The notes below the pieces were generated by a model. The model worked only from the letters and a program-made list of their open reading frames with translations, was not told the DNA's origin and did no database searches. Shown here piece after piece: positions 62,868-64,000 of a DNA stretch of 64,000 nt. Numbering within the stretch: position 1 is the first letter of the stretch; every line of letters begins with the position of its first letter. The stretch is from an uncultured delta proteobacterium (lineage in GTDB: Bacteria; Myxococcota_A; Polyangia; Polyangiales; Polyangiaceae). Where the stretch lies: assembly GCA_963782055.1 (NCBI GenBank), contig CAWAIF010000003.1:5792001-5856000 (forward strand). The letters are read 5' to 3'. The position numbers and the translations under genes were made by a program.

Positions 62868-64000
62868 GTGAAGGCCCCCGAGACCGAGCCCACGCCGCCG
62901 CCCTCCTCCGGGTGGGGCACGCGCGGCGTCCCGCAGCCGTGGTCGGTGGGCGAGGCGGTGGGCCACGGCTGGATCAGCTTCGCGCACGCGGCGATACCCC
63001 TCGGCCTCGCCTACCTCCTCTCCATCCTCGCCAACAGCGTGGTGGGCGCGGGCACGGGCCGCGCCGTCGAGTGGCTCATGCGCTCGGCGCACGTCTCCTT
63101 GGCCACGATGCCGCCGCACCTGCGCGTCGGGGTGGTGGTGGGCGCGTCCGCGCTGGCGGGCATCGTGCTCGGCGCCTTCTTCTGGGGCGGCCAGGTGCGC
63201 ATGTGGCTCGCCGCCGCGCGCGGGGACAAGCCCACGCTCAGCGTCGCCTTCTCCGGTGCGCGGACGATCGGCCGCCTGACCGCCGTCTCGCTGGTGCTGC
63301 TGCTGCTCGGGGTGGTCACCATCCCCTTGCTCTGCGTCCCCTTCTGGGGCTTCGTGCTCGCGCCATACCTCGTCATCGACGAGGACATGAGCGCGCTCGC
63401 CGCCCTTCGCGCGAGCTGGCGGCTCACCCGCGGCCACAAGGGCTCGCTCTGGATGCTCGGGCTCTGCACCCTCCCCATCCTGAGCCTCGGCGTCGCCGCG
63501 GGCGGCATCGGCGTGTGCGCCGCCATCCCGGTGACGCAGCTCGGCTTCGCGTACGTCTACCTGCGCCTCTCGGCGCGCAGCGCGCTCCCGCCGTACACGC
63601 CGCAGTTCGCCGCGCGCAGCCTGCGCGCGCTGCTGCGCACCACCCTCGCCGTCTTCGCCGCCGCCTTCGCCGCGGCGGTCTTCGTGGTCTCGCGCCTGCC
63701 TCCGGTGCACGGCTCGGCCTGGACCATGACCGACGCCATCTCGCGCCTCTGCGCGATGCTCTTCGGCGTCGCCACCACCATCCTGCTCCTCGCGACGCTC
63801 CTCCCCTGGCTGCTGGACAGGCTGGAGGGCCGCACCTTCGCCCTCTTCGTGGGCGCGCGCCACGTGCGCTCGCAGAAGAGCGGCTTCCTCACCGTCATCA
63901 GCGTGCTCTCCATCTGCGGCGTCGCCATCAGCTCCTGCGCGCTCTCCAGCGTCGTCAGCGTCATGGGCGGCTTCAGCCACGACCTGAAGCGCAAGATCCT
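62868..64000 (+). CDS. LolC/E-family lipoprotein-releasing ABC permease with a long N-terminal membrane extension (partial, runs off window)
   Basis: Not in the ORF track because no stop falls in the window; my translation is open from GTG 62868 to the end and finishes ARHVRSQKSGFLTVISVLSICGVAISSCALSSVVSVMGGFSHDLKRKI (LolC/E N-terminus). Confidence 0.85.
   Translation, partial: MKAPETEPTPPPSSGWGTRGVPQPWSVGEAVGHGWISFAHAAIPLGLAYLLSILANSVVGAGTGRAVEWLMRSAHVSLATMPPHLRVGVVVGASALAGIVLGAFFWGGQVRMWLAAARGDKPTLSVAFSGARTIGRLTAVSLVLLLLGVVTIPLLCVPFWGFVLAPYLVIDEDMSALAALRASWRLTRGHKGSLWMLGLCTLPILSLGVAAGGIGVCAAIPVTQLGFAYVYLRLSARSALPPYTPQFAARSLRALLRTTLAVFAAAFAAAVFVVSRLPPVHGSAWTMTDAISRLCAMLFGVATTILLLATLLPWLLDRLEGRTFALFVGARHVRSQKSGFLTVISVLSICGVAISSCALSSVVSVMGGFSHDLKRKI

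Overview
Very GC-rich (~70%+, by eye) bacterial chromosome segment. It is most likely a myxobacterium (Polyangiaceae/Sorangiineae-like), inferred from a MYXO-CTERM protease, three Hanks-type Ser/Thr kinases and many lipoproteins with D-A-G-rich linkers. It holds ~64 densely packed CDS. Housekeeping genes: rplS, an rplC outside the S10 operon, rlmE, serS, prfB with its +1 programmed frameshift, lysS, a partial lolC/E and tRNA-Cys(GCA). Accessory content: an Xre/RES toxin-antitoxin pair, a cobalamin riboswitch in front of a surface lipoprotein, a beta-propeller / tandem di-heme (four CxxCH) / DUF192 operon, a TolC-MFP-RND pump, and a purine/allantoin catabolic cluster with an allantoicase-OHCU decarboxylase fusion. 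There is also a TetR - sphingosine-1-phosphate-lyase-like - MlrC(M81) operon with a clear double operator. No CRISPR array, integrase, transposase or rRNA was seen. The best candidates for undescribed systems are the SPL-like/MlrC operon, the tetraheme DHOR operon, the LolC/E carrying a large extra membrane domain, and the B12-regulated lone surface lipoprotein. Family calls come from motif recognition by eye; no database searches were run.
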